DNA from: a bacterium
GTDB lineage: Bacteria; Cyanobacteriota; Vampirovibrionia; Gastranaerophilales; JBAXKC01
Assembly: GCA_037137535.1 (NCBI GenBank)
Contig: JBAXKC010000001.1
Location: 280,584 to 344,583, forward strand
DNA: 64,000 nt
Reading direction: 5' to 3'
The notes beneath the pieces are model-generated. The model was not told where the DNA came from. It worked only from the letters and a program-made list of their open reading frames with translations, and made no database searches. Made by a program: the position numbers and the translations under genes. Below are positions 38,339 to 49,994 of the stretch, in pieces. Each line of letters begins with the position of its first letter. Within the stretch, counting starts at the first letter, position 1.

Positions 38339-40159
38339 TTAGCCTTTAAGGACTTCAAGAAAAACTTTACCATATTTTTCCAGTTTATTTTTCCCGACTC
38401 CTGAAATAGTACCTAATTCCGTTAAACTTTGCGGTTTTATTGTTGCCATCTCAATTAAAGTGCTGTCGTGGAAAATTATAAATGGAGGTATTTTTTGTTC
38501 TTGAGCAAGAGAAGCTCTCAACGCTCTTAATTCTTGGAATAAATCCTCATTTTCTGATTTGAGCGAAGTTGAACGCTTAGTCTTTTTAAGCATTTTCTCC
38601 TTAACCTCTTTTTTATCAAGCACATCACTGCGTAAATATATTTTTTCTTCGCCACGCAATATTTTATTTGATTTAGAGGTTAATTTAGCCGCACCATAGG
38701 CTTCCATCTCAATAGCAGCAAGTCCTGAAGCGACAATCTGCCTGAAAATAGATTTCCATTGGACTTTATTATACTCTTTGCCCACTCCGAAAGTAGTTAA
38801 TTTATCATGATTAAATCTTTTAACTTTTTCATCTTCTTTACCTGTAAGCACATTGATTAAATGAGTTATTCCAAATCTTTGGTCTGTTCTGTAAATGCAG
38901 GATAACGCTTTTTGTGCGGCAATTGTCCCATCAAAAGTTGCAACGGGATCAAGACAGCTATCACAGTTATCACAAGATTTTTCTTCGGTTTGTTCTCCAA
39001 AATAATCCAAAAGAACTTGCCTTCTGCATCTTACAGTTTCAACAAAACCTATTACTGAATCCAATTTTTGATACTCAAGCATTTTATGTTCTGTATCAGC
39101 ATTTGAGCCAGCTATAAATTGTTGAAGTTTAACTATATCTTCAAGCCCGTAAACCATCCACGCATCAGAAGGAAGTCCGTCCCTACCTGCTCTACCTGTT
39201 TCCTGATAATAGGCTTCAATACTTTTAGGCAAGTCCAAATGAGCCACAAACCTTACATCGGGCTTATTTATACCCATACCGAAAGCAATTGTCGCAACCA
39301 TTATTATGCCTTCTTTTTTAATAAATTTAGCCTGATTTTTCATTCTCACATCCGCACTAAGCCCTGCGTGATATGGCAAGGCCTTAAATCCATTTTCTTT
39401 GAGGTATTTTGCAATTTCCATAACCTTATTTCTTGAAATGCAATAGACAATACCCGAATTGTCTTTATGCTCGGTGTGTAGATAAGCCAAAAGCTGTTTT
39501 TTTTCGTTATCTTTAGCCATAACACGATAATTTATATTAGGTCTGTCAAAACTTGAAACAAAAACACGTCCCTGTTCAAGCTTTAAATGTTTAATAATAT
39601 CCTGACGGGTAAGCATATCAGCCGTTGCAGTAAGAGCAATACGAGGAATAGACGGAAATTTATCGTGTAATTTTGAAAACTCTTTATATTCCGGTCTAAA
39701 ATCATGCCCCCATTGCGAAACGCAATGCGCCTCATCAATAGCAAAAAGTGATACTTTGCATTGATGTAAAAGATTAATAAAACCGTCAGTATTTAATCTT
39801 TCGGGAGAAACATAAACAACATCCAATTCACCATTTTGCATCTGTTCTTCAACGTCATAGGCTTCTTGTTGTGATAAAGTTGAATTTAAAACAGAGGCTT
39901 TAATCCCCAATTCCGTCAAAGAATCAACCTGATCCTGCATAAGTGCAATAAGAGGCGATACGACAATTGCCACACCTTCAAGGCATAAAGCAGGTATCTG
40001 ATAGCAAAGGGACTTTCCTCCGCCTGTTGGCATTAATATTAAAGAATCTCCACCATTAATTATATGGTCAATAATTTCAGCCTGTTGACCTCTGAAAGAA
40101 CTATAACCAAAAACGGAGTGTAATACCTCAAGAGGCTTTTGTTTTAATTTAGCTGACAA
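38339..40159 (-). CDS. recQ: DNA helicase RecQ
   Basis: MPTGGGKSLCYQ, DEAHCVSQWGHDFRP, QETGRAGRDG, RQC and HRDC domains. Confidence 0.97.
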   Translation of the reverse strand: MSAKLKQKPLEVLHSVFGYSSFRGQQAEIIDHIINGGDSLILMPTGGGKSLCYQIPALCLEGVAIVVSPLIALMQDQVDSLTELGIKASVLNSTLSQQEAYDVEEQMQNGELDVVYVSPERLNTDGFINLLHQCKVSLFAIDEAHCVSQWGHDFRPEYKEFSKLHDKFPSIPRIALTATADMLTRQDIIKHLKLEQGRVFVSSFDRPNINYRVMAKDNEKKQLLAYLHTEHKDNSGIVYCISRNKVMEIAKYLKENGFKALPYHAGLSADVRMKNQAKFIKKEGIIMVATIAFGMGINKPDVRFVAHLDLPKSIEAYYQETGRAGRDGLPSDAWMVYGLEDIVKLQQFIAGSNADTEHKMLEYQKLDSVIGFVETVRCRRQVLLDYFGEQTEEKSCDNCDSCLDPVATFDGTIAAQKALSCIYRTDQRFGITHLINVLTGKEDEKVKRFNHDKLTTFGVGKEYNKVQWKSIFRQIVASGLAAIEMEAYGAAKLTSKSNKILRGEEKIYLRSDVLDKKEVKEKMLKKTKRSTSLKSENEDLFQELRALRASLAQEQKIPPFIIFHDSTLIEMATIKPQSLTELGTISGVGKNKLEKYGKVFLEVLKG

Positions 40160-40221
40160 AATGCTTTAACCTTGTTTTTTTTAAATTATTTACCAATAAT
40201 TATATCATTCTTAATAACTTT

Positions 40222-40632
40222 TTATCTTAGGCGAATATTTGCCCAATTATCTTTATAAATTTTTCTTAATTGGTCAATATCTTCTTTTTTTCCTCTATTA
40301 AAAAGTGATTGAGAAAGATCACCACCACTTTGCCCTATATTTTCAATATCTTCATCAAAATCATAAGTACCCTTTTGATTTAATTTTGCATCAAGTGCAC
40401 CATGCATTAAACTAAGCTCATAAACATTAACATTAGATGGATCACCATCAAACCCAGCTATTTCCTTTAAAGTATCCATATTTGTTGCATTAATTTTTGC
40501 ATTTTTAAAAATACTTTGAACATCATTTACAGAATACTGCATACCGGTAGGCATTCCCATTTTTTGCATACTGTTCAAATTACCTTTAACCCAGGGCATA
40601 AAATTATTAACATTTATTGAATTATCCGCCAT
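40222..40632 (-). CDS. Hypothetical protein
   Basis: 136-aa ORF with GAGG SD, co-oriented with 40656-41237. Confidence 0.65.
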   Translation of the reverse strand: MADNSINVNNFMPWVKGNLNSMQKMGMPTGMQYSVNDVQSIFKNAKINATNMDTLKEIAGFDGDPSNVNVYELSLMHGALDAKLNQKGTYDFDEDIENIGQSGGDLSQSLFNRGKKEDIDQLRKIYKDNWANIRLR

Positions 40633-40655
40633 AAATTAAATCCTCATTCAGTCAA

Positions 40656-41237
40656 TTACTTTTTCTCATAAACAGGAACAGGAGTATTTGCTGTTTGTAT
40701 ATCATTAATTAAAATAGTTTTATCTTTTTTAAACGGAGCTAAAATCTCGCCCAGTACTTGCCTAAAGGTTGTCGGAGTTGCATTTAAAAAATCGCCTGAT
40801 GTAATTTTCACTGTTTTATTATCGGGATTTTGCGGGTCCGTGCCAGTCAAAGTAGGAGGATAACTTTGCCCTGCTAAATGTTCTTCTGTATATCCAAGAC
40901 CTATGGTTGTTACTCCTGAAGTAAATAATTTAAGTTGTTCAGGGTTAACTTTATTGATATCTACACCTAGAATATTTCTTATTTCTGCATCAGCTTCTTT
41001 AGCATAATCAACTAGTGCAGCAGAACGATCTACATTCTCAGGTGATTTATACACATAATTATTATTTTCTATTACACCGCCAAAATCTGTGTATTCCGAG
41101 GGTTTTTGTGGATTAAACTTAAAATTCAAATTAAATGAATCATTTTTCATGGTATCAGCCACATTTTGAGTTGTTGTTTTACCATGTATAGCTAATTTTG
41201 TAGCGGACACAAAATTCTGAATTGATAAACTTCCCAT
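40656..41237 (-). CDS. Hypothetical protein
   Basis: 193-aa ORF, GGAG upstream, no recognisable domain. Confidence 0.65.
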   Translation of the reverse strand: MGSLSIQNFVSATKLAIHGKTTTQNVADTMKNDSFNLNFKFNPQKPSEYTDFGGVIENNNYVYKSPENVDRSAALVDYAKEADAEIRNILGVDINKVNPEQLKLFTSGVTTIGLGYTEEHLAGQSYPPTLTGTDPQNPDNKTVKITSGDFLNATPTTFRQVLGEILAPFKKDKTILINDIQTANTPVPVYEKK

Positions 41238-41329
41238 ATCTTCGTTAGTTCTCCCTTAATAAAACTCTTATTAAGATAAAAACAAACTAATAATAGAAGT
41301 TGCTAGATTAGCATATTAATTTTTAATGT

Positions 41330-42556
41330 TTAAAAATTTAAGACTTTCTCATATACTTCTTTTAATTTCTCGTAATAGGCTTTTTTAGTATAAAGATTTT
41401 CGGCCTTGTTTCTTGCTTTTTTACCCATTTCAACGGAAAGAGTTCTATCTTTATAGAGAATATTTATAGCTTCAGCCAATTTTTCGGCATCGGCAGGCTC
41501 AAATATAAGGCCTGTTTCATTATTCTCGACAATTTCTGGAATTCCGCCTATATTACTTCCTATTACTGCTTTACCATAGAAGAAAGATTCCATTGCAGAA
41601 GTCGGAAAATTATCAAAACCATTACTTGGAATAATTGTTGCAATGCAGTTTTTGTATTCTTCTTCAAGCTCTGTACCCGACATATAACCCAAAAACTTTA
41701 TATTAGGCATATCTTTAGCCAATTTTTTAAGCTTTGACTCTTCTCCGCCTGAGCCTACAAGACGTAATTCTATATCTTTTGGTAATAGCTTCATAGCTGC
41801 TATTAAAGACTTTAATCCTTTTTCATCGGACAATCTTCCGCAATAAAGAAAATAGCCGTTATCATTATAATTAGGAATTATTTCAAGCTGAGAATCTTCG
41901 AGAAAATTATTTATTGTAGTTAATTTATTCTCTGCTAATCCCGATTTTATTGCTAAATTTTTAATGGCATTTGACGGACAAATATAGAAAGAAGGATATT
42001 TATAGAGCTTCGAATTTTTATTATAGAAAAATACCGAAGCAAATTTTACACTTTCATAAAGAGAATTTCTATAACATTTATTCGTAATGCAGTTAAATAG
42101 TCCTATCCAATCACTTTTACCAAGGCAAGTTAAACCTTTACAGAAGGTTTTATTATGCCTCATAAGCCTTCCGCCAGGGCAGAACATTCCACAATCATGT
42201 ATTGTCATAACCATTGGAATATTGTATTTTTCGCAAGCATTAACAACTGATACCGTTAAATTATGTCCTATATTATTTATATGGACAATATCGGGTTTTA
42301 TCTCCTGTAAATATGCTTCTAAATTAATTTCAGCGTTTTTATTATAATATCTTTTGTAGATTTTTTTCAGAGATTTCCCTTTTCTATCTGGGAAATAATT
42401 AGAATATTTATAATCTTTTTCAAAATATTCATCCGCTTTACAGGCATAATAAAAAACTTCATGCCCCTCGGTCTGTAAAATATTTCCTAAAGAATTAACA
42501 TATTTCTCAGCTCCGCCTATAGGTTCAAAAAAGTTATTTATTATTAAAATTTTCAT
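41330..42556 (-). CDS. GT4 family glycosyltransferase
   Basis: GGAEKY, GRLSDEKG, SNIGGIPEIV. Confidence 0.92.
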   Translation of the reverse strand: MKILIINNFFEPIGGAEKYVNSLGNILQTEGHEVFYYACKADEYFEKDYKYSNYFPDRKGKSLKKIYKRYYNKNAEINLEAYLQEIKPDIVHINNIGHNLTVSVVNACEKYNIPMVMTIHDCGMFCPGGRLMRHNKTFCKGLTCLGKSDWIGLFNCITNKCYRNSLYESVKFASVFFYNKNSKLYKYPSFYICPSNAIKNLAIKSGLAENKLTTINNFLEDSQLEIIPNYNDNGYFLYCGRLSDEKGLKSLIAAMKLLPKDIELRLVGSGGEESKLKKLAKDMPNIKFLGYMSGTELEEEYKNCIATIIPSNGFDNFPTSAMESFFYGKAVIGSNIGGIPEIVENNETGLIFEPADAEKLAEAINILYKDRTLSVEMGKKARNKAENLYTKKAYYEKLKEVYEKVLNF

Positions 42557-42686
42557 ACTGTGTTCCTTTAGGAAATTAATTTCTTTTTTAATTATACATG
42601 AAGAAAACAGTTTTAAATATTTATAACTGTACTTGATTTAAGGTCTATAATAAAATTAAGGTATATAATTTAGTTGGAATTAAAGA

Positions 42687-43598
42687 ATGAATATATTAAT
42701 TACCGGCGGAGCAGGTTTTATTGGCTCTCATACAGCGGATATACTGTTAAAAAACGGCTATAACGTAATAATTGCCGATAATTTATGTTCGGGAAAAGAA
42801 AATAATTTAAACAATTCTGCTAAATTTTATAAAGTTGATATAAGCTCGCCCGAATTAGAAAAAATATTTATTGAAAATAAAATAGATTTTGTTTTTCATT
42901 TTGCAGCTCAGGCAAGCGTAAGCGTTTCTAACAAAAATCCTTTATTAGATGCCGAAAATAATATAATGGGCTCAATCAACCTTTTATCAATATGTAAAAA
43001 ATATAATGTTAAAAAATTCATAGCAGCTTCAACTGCTGCGGTCTATGGTTTTCCTGAATATTTACCTGTTGACGAAAATCATAAAACCGAATGTCTTTCT
43101 TTTTACGGATTATCTAAATTAACAATGGAAAATTACATTAAACTATTTGGTATTGATTATATAATTTTCAGATATGCCAATGTTTATGGGCCAAGACAGC
43201 TACCTCATGGCGAAGCTGGAGTCATATCAATATTTTTAGATAAAATTATAAATAATAAGCCACTTGAAATACATAGCAACGGTAATCAAACAAGAGATTT
43301 CGTTTCGGTAACAGACATAGCGAAAGTTAATTTGCTTGCTATTGAAAAAACCGATATTAAAAATAAGACGATAAACGTATCAACTAACACAAGAATAAGT
43401 ATAAATGACCTTTTTAACACATTAAAATCCTATACTGACTATAATATCGAGCCTGTTTACACACAATCAAGAGAAGGCGATATAGAGCACAGCGTTCTTG
43501 ATAATAAGCTCTGCAAGTCATTATTTGACTGGAAACCCGAAGTTTCCTTACAAGAAGGCTTAAAACAGCTTGTAGACAGTTGTAAAAACATTAATTAA
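42687..43598 (+). CDS. NAD-dependent epimerase/dehydratase (UDP-glucose 4-epimerase-like)
   Basis: ITGGAGFIGSH, YGLSK, RYANVYGPRQ. Confidence 0.93.
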   Translation: MNILITGGAGFIGSHTADILLKNGYNVIIADNLCSGKENNLNNSAKFYKVDISSPELEKIFIENKIDFVFHFAAQASVSVSNKNPLLDAENNIMGSINLLSICKKYNVKKFIAASTAAVYGFPEYLPVDENHKTECLSFYGLSKLTMENYIKLFGIDYIIFRYANVYGPRQLPHGEAGVISIFLDKIINNKPLEIHSNGNQTRDFVSVTDIAKVNLLAIEKTDIKNKTINVSTNTRISINDLFNTLKSYTDYNIEPVYTQSREGDIEHSVLDNKLCKSLFDWKPEVSLQEGLKQLVDSCKNIN

Positions 43599-43616
43599 TG
43601 TCGGAGTATAAAGTAA

Positions 43617-44534
43617 ATGCAAATCAATAGTTTTGAAACGCCAATTTTATTTATCATTTTTAATAATCCCGAAACAACAGAAAAAGTTTTTAATGAAATT
43701 AAAAAAATAAAACCAAAACAATTATTCTTATATTCTGACGGAGCTAGAACAACTGTTGAAGGCGAAAATGAAAAATGCAATAAATGCAGAGAGATCGTTA
43801 AAAATATTGATTGGGATTGCGATTTTAAAATAAATTTCAGAGAAGATAATGTTGGTCCCAGAATAGCAGTAAGTTCAGCAATTAACTGGTTCTTCGATAA
43901 TGTTGAAGAAGGTATAGTTTTAGAACATGATTGCTTACCGAATGCTTCATTTTTCATCTTTTGCAGGGAAATGTTGAACCATTATCGCAATGACACAAGA
44001 ATAATGCATATAAGCGGAAATAATTTTAAAAACGGCAAAATATACGGAGACGGAAGTTATTATTTCTCAAGAATTGCTCATATCTGGGGTTTTGCCACAT
44101 GGAAAAGAGCATGGAAACTCTATGACGTTGAGATGAAAGCTTATGAATCCTTTAAAAACAGTAAACAGATCGACAATATTTTTGACGGATATTTTGTAAA
44201 AAAACATATAATCAAATTACTCGATAAAATTGCTTTCAGAAACTCTGCAACGTGGGATCATCAATGGAACTTTGCACTGTTTTCCAATAACGGACTTTCT
44301 ATCAACCCTAATGTAAATCTAATTAAAAACATAGGATTCGGCGAAGGTGCTGTGCATTGTACCGACACGAGCAGTAAATTTGCAGATATGAAAACCGAAG
44401 AAATAAACGAAATAATCCATCCCTCTTTTATCCTTGCAAATAAAAAAGCTGATAAAGAAACTCTGAGTTATAATTTTGATTTTGGGCTTTGGACAAGAAT
44501 TAAGCGAGAATTTACAAGAACTTTTAAATTTTAA
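43617..44534 (+). CDS. Nucleotide-diphospho-sugar transferase (GT-A fold)
   Basis: [44 protein letters not shown]. Confidence 0.85.
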   Translation: MQINSFETPILFIIFNNPETTEKVFNEIKKIKPKQLFLYSDGARTTVEGENEKCNKCREIVKNIDWDCDFKINFREDNVGPRIAVSSAINWFFDNVEEGIVLEHDCLPNASFFIFCREMLNHYRNDTRIMHISGNNFKNGKIYGDGSYYFSRIAHIWGFATWKRAWKLYDVEMKAYESFKNSKQIDNIFDGYFVKKHIIKLLDKIAFRNSATWDHQWNFALFSNNGLSINPNVNLIKNIGFGEGAVHCTDTSSKFADMKTEEINEIIHPSFILANKKADKETLSYNFDFGLWTRIKREFTRTFKF

Positions 44535-46620
44535 ACTCTGCTATCTGCGTTTCTAAATCTTCAGCTAAACAGTTAAGTGCAATTGAACTGCCCGAAATAT
44601 GACCAATACTTGCAGATTGCTCTTCCATTACATTTGATATCTCTTCTGCCATAGCCGCAACTTCTTGAGTTATGGAAGAAATATTTTCAACAATTTTTAC
44701 AACCTCATCAGAATGCAATGAAAGATTTTTTATTTCAATTGATACATGTTCTACATGATCTCTTGCAAGACAAGAATCCGTTTCTATAAATTTAAGAGCA
44801 GTTTTTGTTTTTTCAATTACATTTAAACTTTCTTCAACTTCAGTAACATTTTTATTTATAGTTAGAACCGCAAGATTAGTACTTGATTGAATAGCTTTAA
44901 TCATTGAGGTAACTTTATCCGTGGCTTCAGCTGATTGAACGGCAAGTTTTTTAACTTCCTCTGCTACAACTGCAAAACCTTTTCCGTTTTCTCCGGCTCT
45001 TGCCGCTTCGATAGAAGCATTAAGGGCAAGTAAATTTGTCTGTCCTGCTATACTTCTTATTAAATCAATTATTGAACTAATCTCCATACTCAAATTATTT
45101 AATTCCTCAATAGTTGAAGAAAGGGCAAGTGTTGAAGTTTTAAGATTTTTTGAATTATAAACTGCTGTTTCAGTCTGAATATTGCCTTCTTTTGAATTAT
45201 TTTCAGTATTTTGAGCTATTTTTACAGCATTTCCAAGATCAAGAGAAATTTCCTTAATTAATTCATTTATTTTATTTATATTATTTAAACTTTCATTAAC
45301 GCCACATGCCTGTTCCTGTGAACCTGAAGAAAGGACTGAAAGACTTGAAGCTACTTGCTGTGCACTTTCAGCCGTCTGAGTCGTTGATGATTTCATCAAT
45401 GAAGAAGCTGTTTTCAGATCGACAACAGTTGCATTAATACTTGAAATAAGACCTTTTAAATTGGTTGTAAACTTTTTAAAAGCTCTATTCACTTCGCCTA
45501 TTTCACTTTTGCTCTCATCATCAGGCAACACAACTGTAAAATCATTATTAGCAATTTGTAAAATATTTTTAGTAAGAACCTCTAAAGGAGTTGCTATATA
45601 ACTTCCAATAACAAAAGCAACAAATACAGTAATTATCATACCTATAAGAGTAATAATAGATAAAAGAATAATGGTATCAGTAGTTTCTTGATAAACTTCT
45701 GCCTTAGGAACTGTAACAAATAAGGTAAAGCCATTATTCAAATGAGTAAAAGAAGCTATTTTATCAACACCTTTATATTTATATTCGACAATACCAGTTT
45801 TATTATTTGCAACTTTCTCTGTTAATTTCTTAAATGATCCATTATATATTGTAGAAAGATGTTGATTTTTAGGAAATTCTTTCCCCGATAAAATATTAAA
45901 ATCTTTATTTAAAAGAAAAGCTGAGCCTGTTTTATACACTTTTATGCTATTAATTATTTCCTGTAAACCTTTAAATGAAATATCCATTCCTGCAACACCG
46001 ATAAAACGATTATTTTTATACAAGGCTTTTGAATATGTAATCATTTCAATATTGTTTACAGTAGGATCTTTATACAAATCACTCCAAACACCGCTTTTAA
46101 GCTCTTTAGGCTGATAAAACCATTTTGCAACTTTATGATCATCAAATATCTTCAAAAGATCCATTGGCTGAGCAACAAATATTCCTTTTTGCTTTATAAG
46201 CCATGAGCCATAACTTATGTTTGATTGTTTTCTTGTAGAGTCAGGATCAAAATAAAAATAAGAATCCATATTAATATCAGCATTAGATGCTATCAAATGC
46301 ATCATTTTTGCAATATTTTTTTCATATTTATCTAGATAAGCAGCATTATTAAGATTATTAAAATCAACGGAACCTTCTACTATATAATTTAACGTATCAA
46401 CCGATTTTTCAAGTTTTTCCATTAATAAATCCATGCTTTTTGCAGAATTTTGGGATTTTAATAATAATTCTTTTTGAGCATTAGATGAAGACATCTCATA
46501 GCTTTTATATATTGCTATTCCGCTAATTGTTACAGATAAAGTGAAGGAAATAAACACCATTGCAAATATTATTTTAGATTTAATAGTATTTAAATTAATT
46601 TTCATACTAAGCAGATCCAT
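44524..46620 (-). CDS. Methyl-accepting chemotaxis protein (Cache sensor + HAMP)
   Basis: [34 protein letters not shown]. Confidence 0.96.
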   Translation of the reverse strand: MDLLSMKINLNTIKSKIIFAMVFISFTLSVTISGIAIYKSYEMSSSNAQKELLLKSQNSAKSMDLLMEKLEKSVDTLNYIVEGSVDFNNLNNAAYLDKYEKNIAKMMHLIASNADINMDSYFYFDPDSTRKQSNISYGSWLIKQKGIFVAQPMDLLKIFDDHKVAKWFYQPKELKSGVWSDLYKDPTVNNIEMITYSKALYKNNRFIGVAGMDISFKGLQEIINSIKVYKTGSAFLLNKDFNILSGKEFPKNQHLSTIYNGSFKKLTEKVANNKTGIVEYKYKGVDKIASFTHLNNGFTLFVTVPKAEVYQETTDTIILLSIITLIGMIITVFVAFVIGSYIATPLEVLTKNILQIANNDFTVVLPDDESKSEIGEVNRAFKKFTTNLKGLISSINATVVDLKTASSLMKSSTTQTAESAQQVASSLSVLSSGSQEQACGVNESLNNINKINELIKEISLDLGNAVKIAQNTENNSKEGNIQTETAVYNSKNLKTSTLALSSTIEELNNLSMEISSIIDLIRSIAGQTNLLALNASIEAARAGENGKGFAVVAEEVKKLAVQSAEATDKVTSMIKAIQSSTNLAVLTINKNVTEVEESLNVIEKTKTALKFIETDSCLARDHVEHVSIEIKNLSLHSDEVVKIVENISSITQEVAAMAEEISNVMEEQSASIGHISGSSIALNCLAEDLETQIAEFKI

Positions 46621-46706
46621 TTTTATTTTTATCCAGAGAAAAACTACCTACAAATTAAGCTCTAATGAATTATACTCTATAAATTAGAATAATTAAAGAT
46701 TTACAC

Positions 46707-46746
46707 AAAAAAATAAGGCAAATACCTTAGTATCGCCTCATTTTTT
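46707..46746 (-). terminator. Probable terminator after tRNA
   Basis: aaaaaataaggc..gcctcatttttt imperfect hairpin. Confidence 0.55.
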
Positions 46747-46818
46747 GGCATAGACTGGACTCGAACCAGTGACCGCGCGGGTATGAGCCACGTGCTCTAC
46801 CAACTGAGCTACTATGCC
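46746..46818 (-). tRNA. tRNA with CAU anticodon (probably elongator Met)
   Basis: GGCATAGTAGCTCAGTTGGTAGAGCA CGTGG CT-CAT-AC CCGCG CGGTC ACTGGTTCGAGTCCAGT CTATGCC A; G1-C72 paired so not fMet; Ile2 not excluded. Confidence 0.92.
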
Positions 46819-46885
46819 ATATTCAGTTTGTTTAATTATTATTAATCAAACCAGAAAAAATATCAAGAAAAATAATCAATTAATT

Positions 46886-47731
46886 TCAAACTTCTTTCTG
46901 ATAAAAGAAAGGTGTTTTCATATTAAACCCAATGGCTCTATGGTTATTTATACGCTCAGTAGAACCTATAAACAGAACTCCTCCCGGTTTAAGGGCATCA
47001 TAAAATTCTTTATATAGCTTGTCTTTAGCTTCATCAGTAAAATAAATAACTACATTTCTACACAAAATTAAATCAAAATCTTTTTCAAACTTGCTGTTTA
47101 AAAGATCTCTTTTTTCAAATTTAACTTTCTGTCTTAACCTTGATTCTACTTGCTGCTTATCATTGCCGACAGAAGTAAAATATTTTTTATAATCTGCCCC
47201 TATTGAACCTACTTCCATTTCTGAATAAATACCATTCTTGGCTTTTTCTAAAATAGTTTTATCAAAGTCTGAAGCAATAAGCTCACAGTCATTTAATATT
47301 TTCATTTTATCAAACATCATAGAAAGACTATATATTTCAGCACCAATAGAACAGCCTGCCGACCAGACTTTTAATTTACGAGAATTTTTCAATAACTCAG
47401 GAAGATATAGAGTTTCTAATTCTTGAAATTTTTCAGGATTTCTAAAAAATTCAGTAACGTTAATCGTTAACATATTTAAAAATTCTTCAAGTTTTTTAGA
47501 ATCTGTTTTCAGAACATTAAAATAATCATTAAGATTATCCATTCCACATCTATTCATAAGAGAAACTATTCTTCGCTCCATTTGAGTATTTTTATAATTA
47601 GTCAAGTCTAAATTTATAAGAGGAGCTATATTTTTTTTAAACGCATTAAATTCCTCAGCAGGTGGGATTTTTCCTGTCGGGACTTGAGTGAAAGCAGATA
47701 AGTCAAAGTTTTTTAATTTATTTTTATCCAT
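46886..47731 (-). CDS. cheR: Chemotaxis methyltransferase CheR
   Basis: LTINVTEFFR, WSAGCSIG.E.YS, FDLILCRNVVIYF. Confidence 0.96.
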   Translation of the reverse strand: MDKNKLKNFDLSAFTQVPTGKIPPAEEFNAFKKNIAPLINLDLTNYKNTQMERRIVSLMNRCGMDNLNDYFNVLKTDSKKLEEFLNMLTINVTEFFRNPEKFQELETLYLPELLKNSRKLKVWSAGCSIGAEIYSLSMMFDKMKILNDCELIASDFDKTILEKAKNGIYSEMEVGSIGADYKKYFTSVGNDKQQVESRLRQKVKFEKRDLLNSKFEKDFDLILCRNVVIYFTDEAKDKLYKEFYDALKPGGVLFIGSTERINNHRAIGFNMKTPFFYQKEV

Positions 47732-47736
47732 CTATT

Positions 47737-48780
47737 TTACCTATAAATTGCTTCTACAATAGCATTTGCCACATTGTGAATCGGCTCTATACGGTCTGCA
47801 TGCCCCGCATCAATTACGCACTTCGGCATTCCGTAAATTATACATGTTGATTGATCTTCAGCTATACAAAAGCCTCCTAATTTTTTAACTGCTTCTGATC
47901 CTTTTGAACCATCTTTACCCATACCTGTCAATATTACGCAAATAAGGTCTTGCTTATAAACCTTTGCAGCTGAACCTAAAGTAATATCAACAGCAGGTCT
48001 TACACCCCATACGGAAGGCTCTTGGTTAAGTGAAATTTTCCCGTTAGGCTCAACATTCATATGATAATTACCCGGAGCCAGCAACACCTTGCCAACTTCA
48101 AGCATATCACCGTCTTTAGCTTCTTTTACAGTCAATTCACTTATTTTATCAAGTCTTTGAGCAAACATTTCTGTAAATTTAGGTGGCATATGCTGAACCA
48201 CTAAAAATCTTGCCGGTAAATCTTTAGGAAGAAAAGGAATCACTTCCTTTAAAGCCTGAGGACCTCCTGTCGATGAGCCAATAACTACTGTCTTAAGGTT
48301 ATTTATACTTGATATTGTTCTTTTTGCAGGTATATTAACTAATGCCTTTGGAGTTGAAACACTTCCCATAATAGGTTTTTTAGCCATTGAAGCAGATTTT
48401 ACTTTATTTATTATATCATTTTTAAGATGTTTAAAATCTTCAGGATTATCGGGCTTAGTAATAAAATCGACAGCTCCAAGCTCAAGAGCCTTTATTGTTA
48501 CTTCAGCTCCTCTTTTTGTAAGACTGCTAATCATAACGGTAGGGGTAGGTTTTATCTTATTTAATTCTTTTAAGGTTTCAAGTCCATTCATAAATGGCAT
48601 TTCAACATCAAGAGTTATAACATCAGGTTTAAGAGCTTCAACTTGAGTTAAAGCCATTTTACCGTTTATTGCAATGCCGACCACTTCAATATCAGGATGA
48701 GAATTAAGAATATCAGACAGTATTCTTCTTATTATCGTTGAATCATCAACAACCAGAACTTTTAATTTTTTATCTAGCAT
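47737..48780 (-). CDS. cheB: Chemotaxis methylesterase CheB
   Basis: REC domain, GSSTGGP, VQHMP, LTGMGKDG. Confidence 0.97.
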   Translation of the reverse strand: MLDKKLKVLVVDDSTIIRRILSDILNSHPDIEVVGIAINGKMALTQVEALKPDVITLDVEMPFMNGLETLKELNKIKPTPTVMISSLTKRGAEVTIKALELGAVDFITKPDNPEDFKHLKNDIINKVKSASMAKKPIMGSVSTPKALVNIPAKRTISSINNLKTVVIGSSTGGPQALKEVIPFLPKDLPARFLVVQHMPPKFTEMFAQRLDKISELTVKEAKDGDMLEVGKVLLAPGNYHMNVEPNGKISLNQEPSVWGVRPAVDITLGSAAKVYKQDLICVILTGMGKDGSKGSEAVKKLGGFCIAEDQSTCIIYGMPKCVIDAGHADRIEPIHNVANAIVEAIYR

Positions 48781-48787
48781 GCTTTTA

Positions 48788-49960
48788 CTACATTCCCTTT
48801 AACCTATTATCAGGACTTACAATACTTGTTATTCTTAAACCGAAGTTATCTTCAATAACTACTACTTCACCTTTTGCGATTAGTTTTCCATTTGCAAATA
48901 ATTCTACCGGCTCACCTGCAATTTTATCCAACTCAATAACAGAACCTCTTGTTAATTCAAGAACCTTTTTAATTGGTAACTCTGTTCTTCCCAGTTCAAC
49001 AGTAAGTTTTAACTTAACATCCATGAGAAGTTTAAGATTTTTATTAGATTCTCCGTAAGGATCATTCATATCGTCAAAAGAAGCAAACTGAACAGGTTGA
49101 ACAGTAACCGGTCTTACAGGCTCTTGCGGAGGCATTGGAGGTGGCGGTATAAATTGAGGAGGAGGAGAAGAGTATTGCTGTTGCTGATACTGTGGCTGTT
49201 GATATTGTGGTTGTTGCTGAGGAGGCGGAGCCGACTGCGGTGACGGTTGTGGTGCAGCAGCAGGTTGGGGCATATCAGGAACATCATTCATTGTTTTTGT
49301 CATTTTAGCTACTAAATTTTGACAAGCAGGTAATGACATAAGCTGAACTAATTCACTATCAATTAAATCCCCTACTTTAAGCCTAAAACATATTGCAATG
49401 ATAGGAATTCCAAGTATATCGCTTGAAAAATCAAGATCGGTTCCGGGAGTATGCAACTTAACAATAGGAGGAGTTATATCAATAGACATGTTCAACATAC
49501 TTGAAAGAGTGGTGCAGCCTGAGCCAACCATTTGGTTCATAGCTTCACCGACAGCACTTAATTGAAGCTCACCTACTTCAGAGTTAGTGATCATTCCGTC
49601 ACCACCCATCATTAAATCAGCTATAACAGCAGTATCAATTGTTTTAAGCGCAAAAAGGGTTGTACCTTCAAGGCCTATACGGTATTGTATTTCAACTGCG
49701 ACTTGCTCTTCCTGACTGTCAAACATTTCATTTATAAGATGAAATTCTTTTACTTTGGGAGTGGTAATATCAACTTTTTGTCCTAATAACATAGACAATG
49801 TGGTTGCTGCCGTCCCCATGAAGATATTGCCGACTTCTCCAATTACGTCAGCTTCCATCTCACTAAGGTACTCAAAACCCATTGATGATGCATTAGCCTC
49901 GGGAGATCCTACCCCCGAAAGCAGTCTGTCTATATCTTCCTGTGACATTTTGTCGCTCAT
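48788..49960 (-). CDS. fliY: Flagellar switch phosphatase FliY (CheC-like + FliN domain)
   Basis: Two E-x-x-N motifs (EVGN, EAMN), P/Q linker, FliN C-terminus GEVVVIEDNFGLRI. Confidence 0.9.
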   Translation of the reverse strand: MSDKMSQEDIDRLLSGVGSPEANASSMGFEYLSEMEADVIGEVGNIFMGTAATTLSMLLGQKVDITTPKVKEFHLINEMFDSQEEQVAVEIQYRIGLEGTTLFALKTIDTAVIADLMMGGDGMITNSEVGELQLSAVGEAMNQMVGSGCTTLSSMLNMSIDITPPIVKLHTPGTDLDFSSDILGIPIIAICFRLKVGDLIDSELVQLMSLPACQNLVAKMTKTMNDVPDMPQPAAAPQPSPQSAPPPQQQPQYQQPQYQQQQYSSPPPQFIPPPPMPPQEPVRPVTVQPVQFASFDDMNDPYGESNKNLKLLMDVKLKLTVELGRTELPIKKVLELTRGSVIELDKIAGEPVELFANGKLIAKGEVVVIEDNFGLRITSIVSPDNRLKGM

Positions 49961-49994
49961 ACCGTTACAACTCCCGCTTATAATTAGCCTAATT

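Noticed and set aside
46746-46818. Initiator tRNA-fMet
   Set aside because: G1-C72 is paired and the anticodon stem lacks the three consecutive G-C pairs
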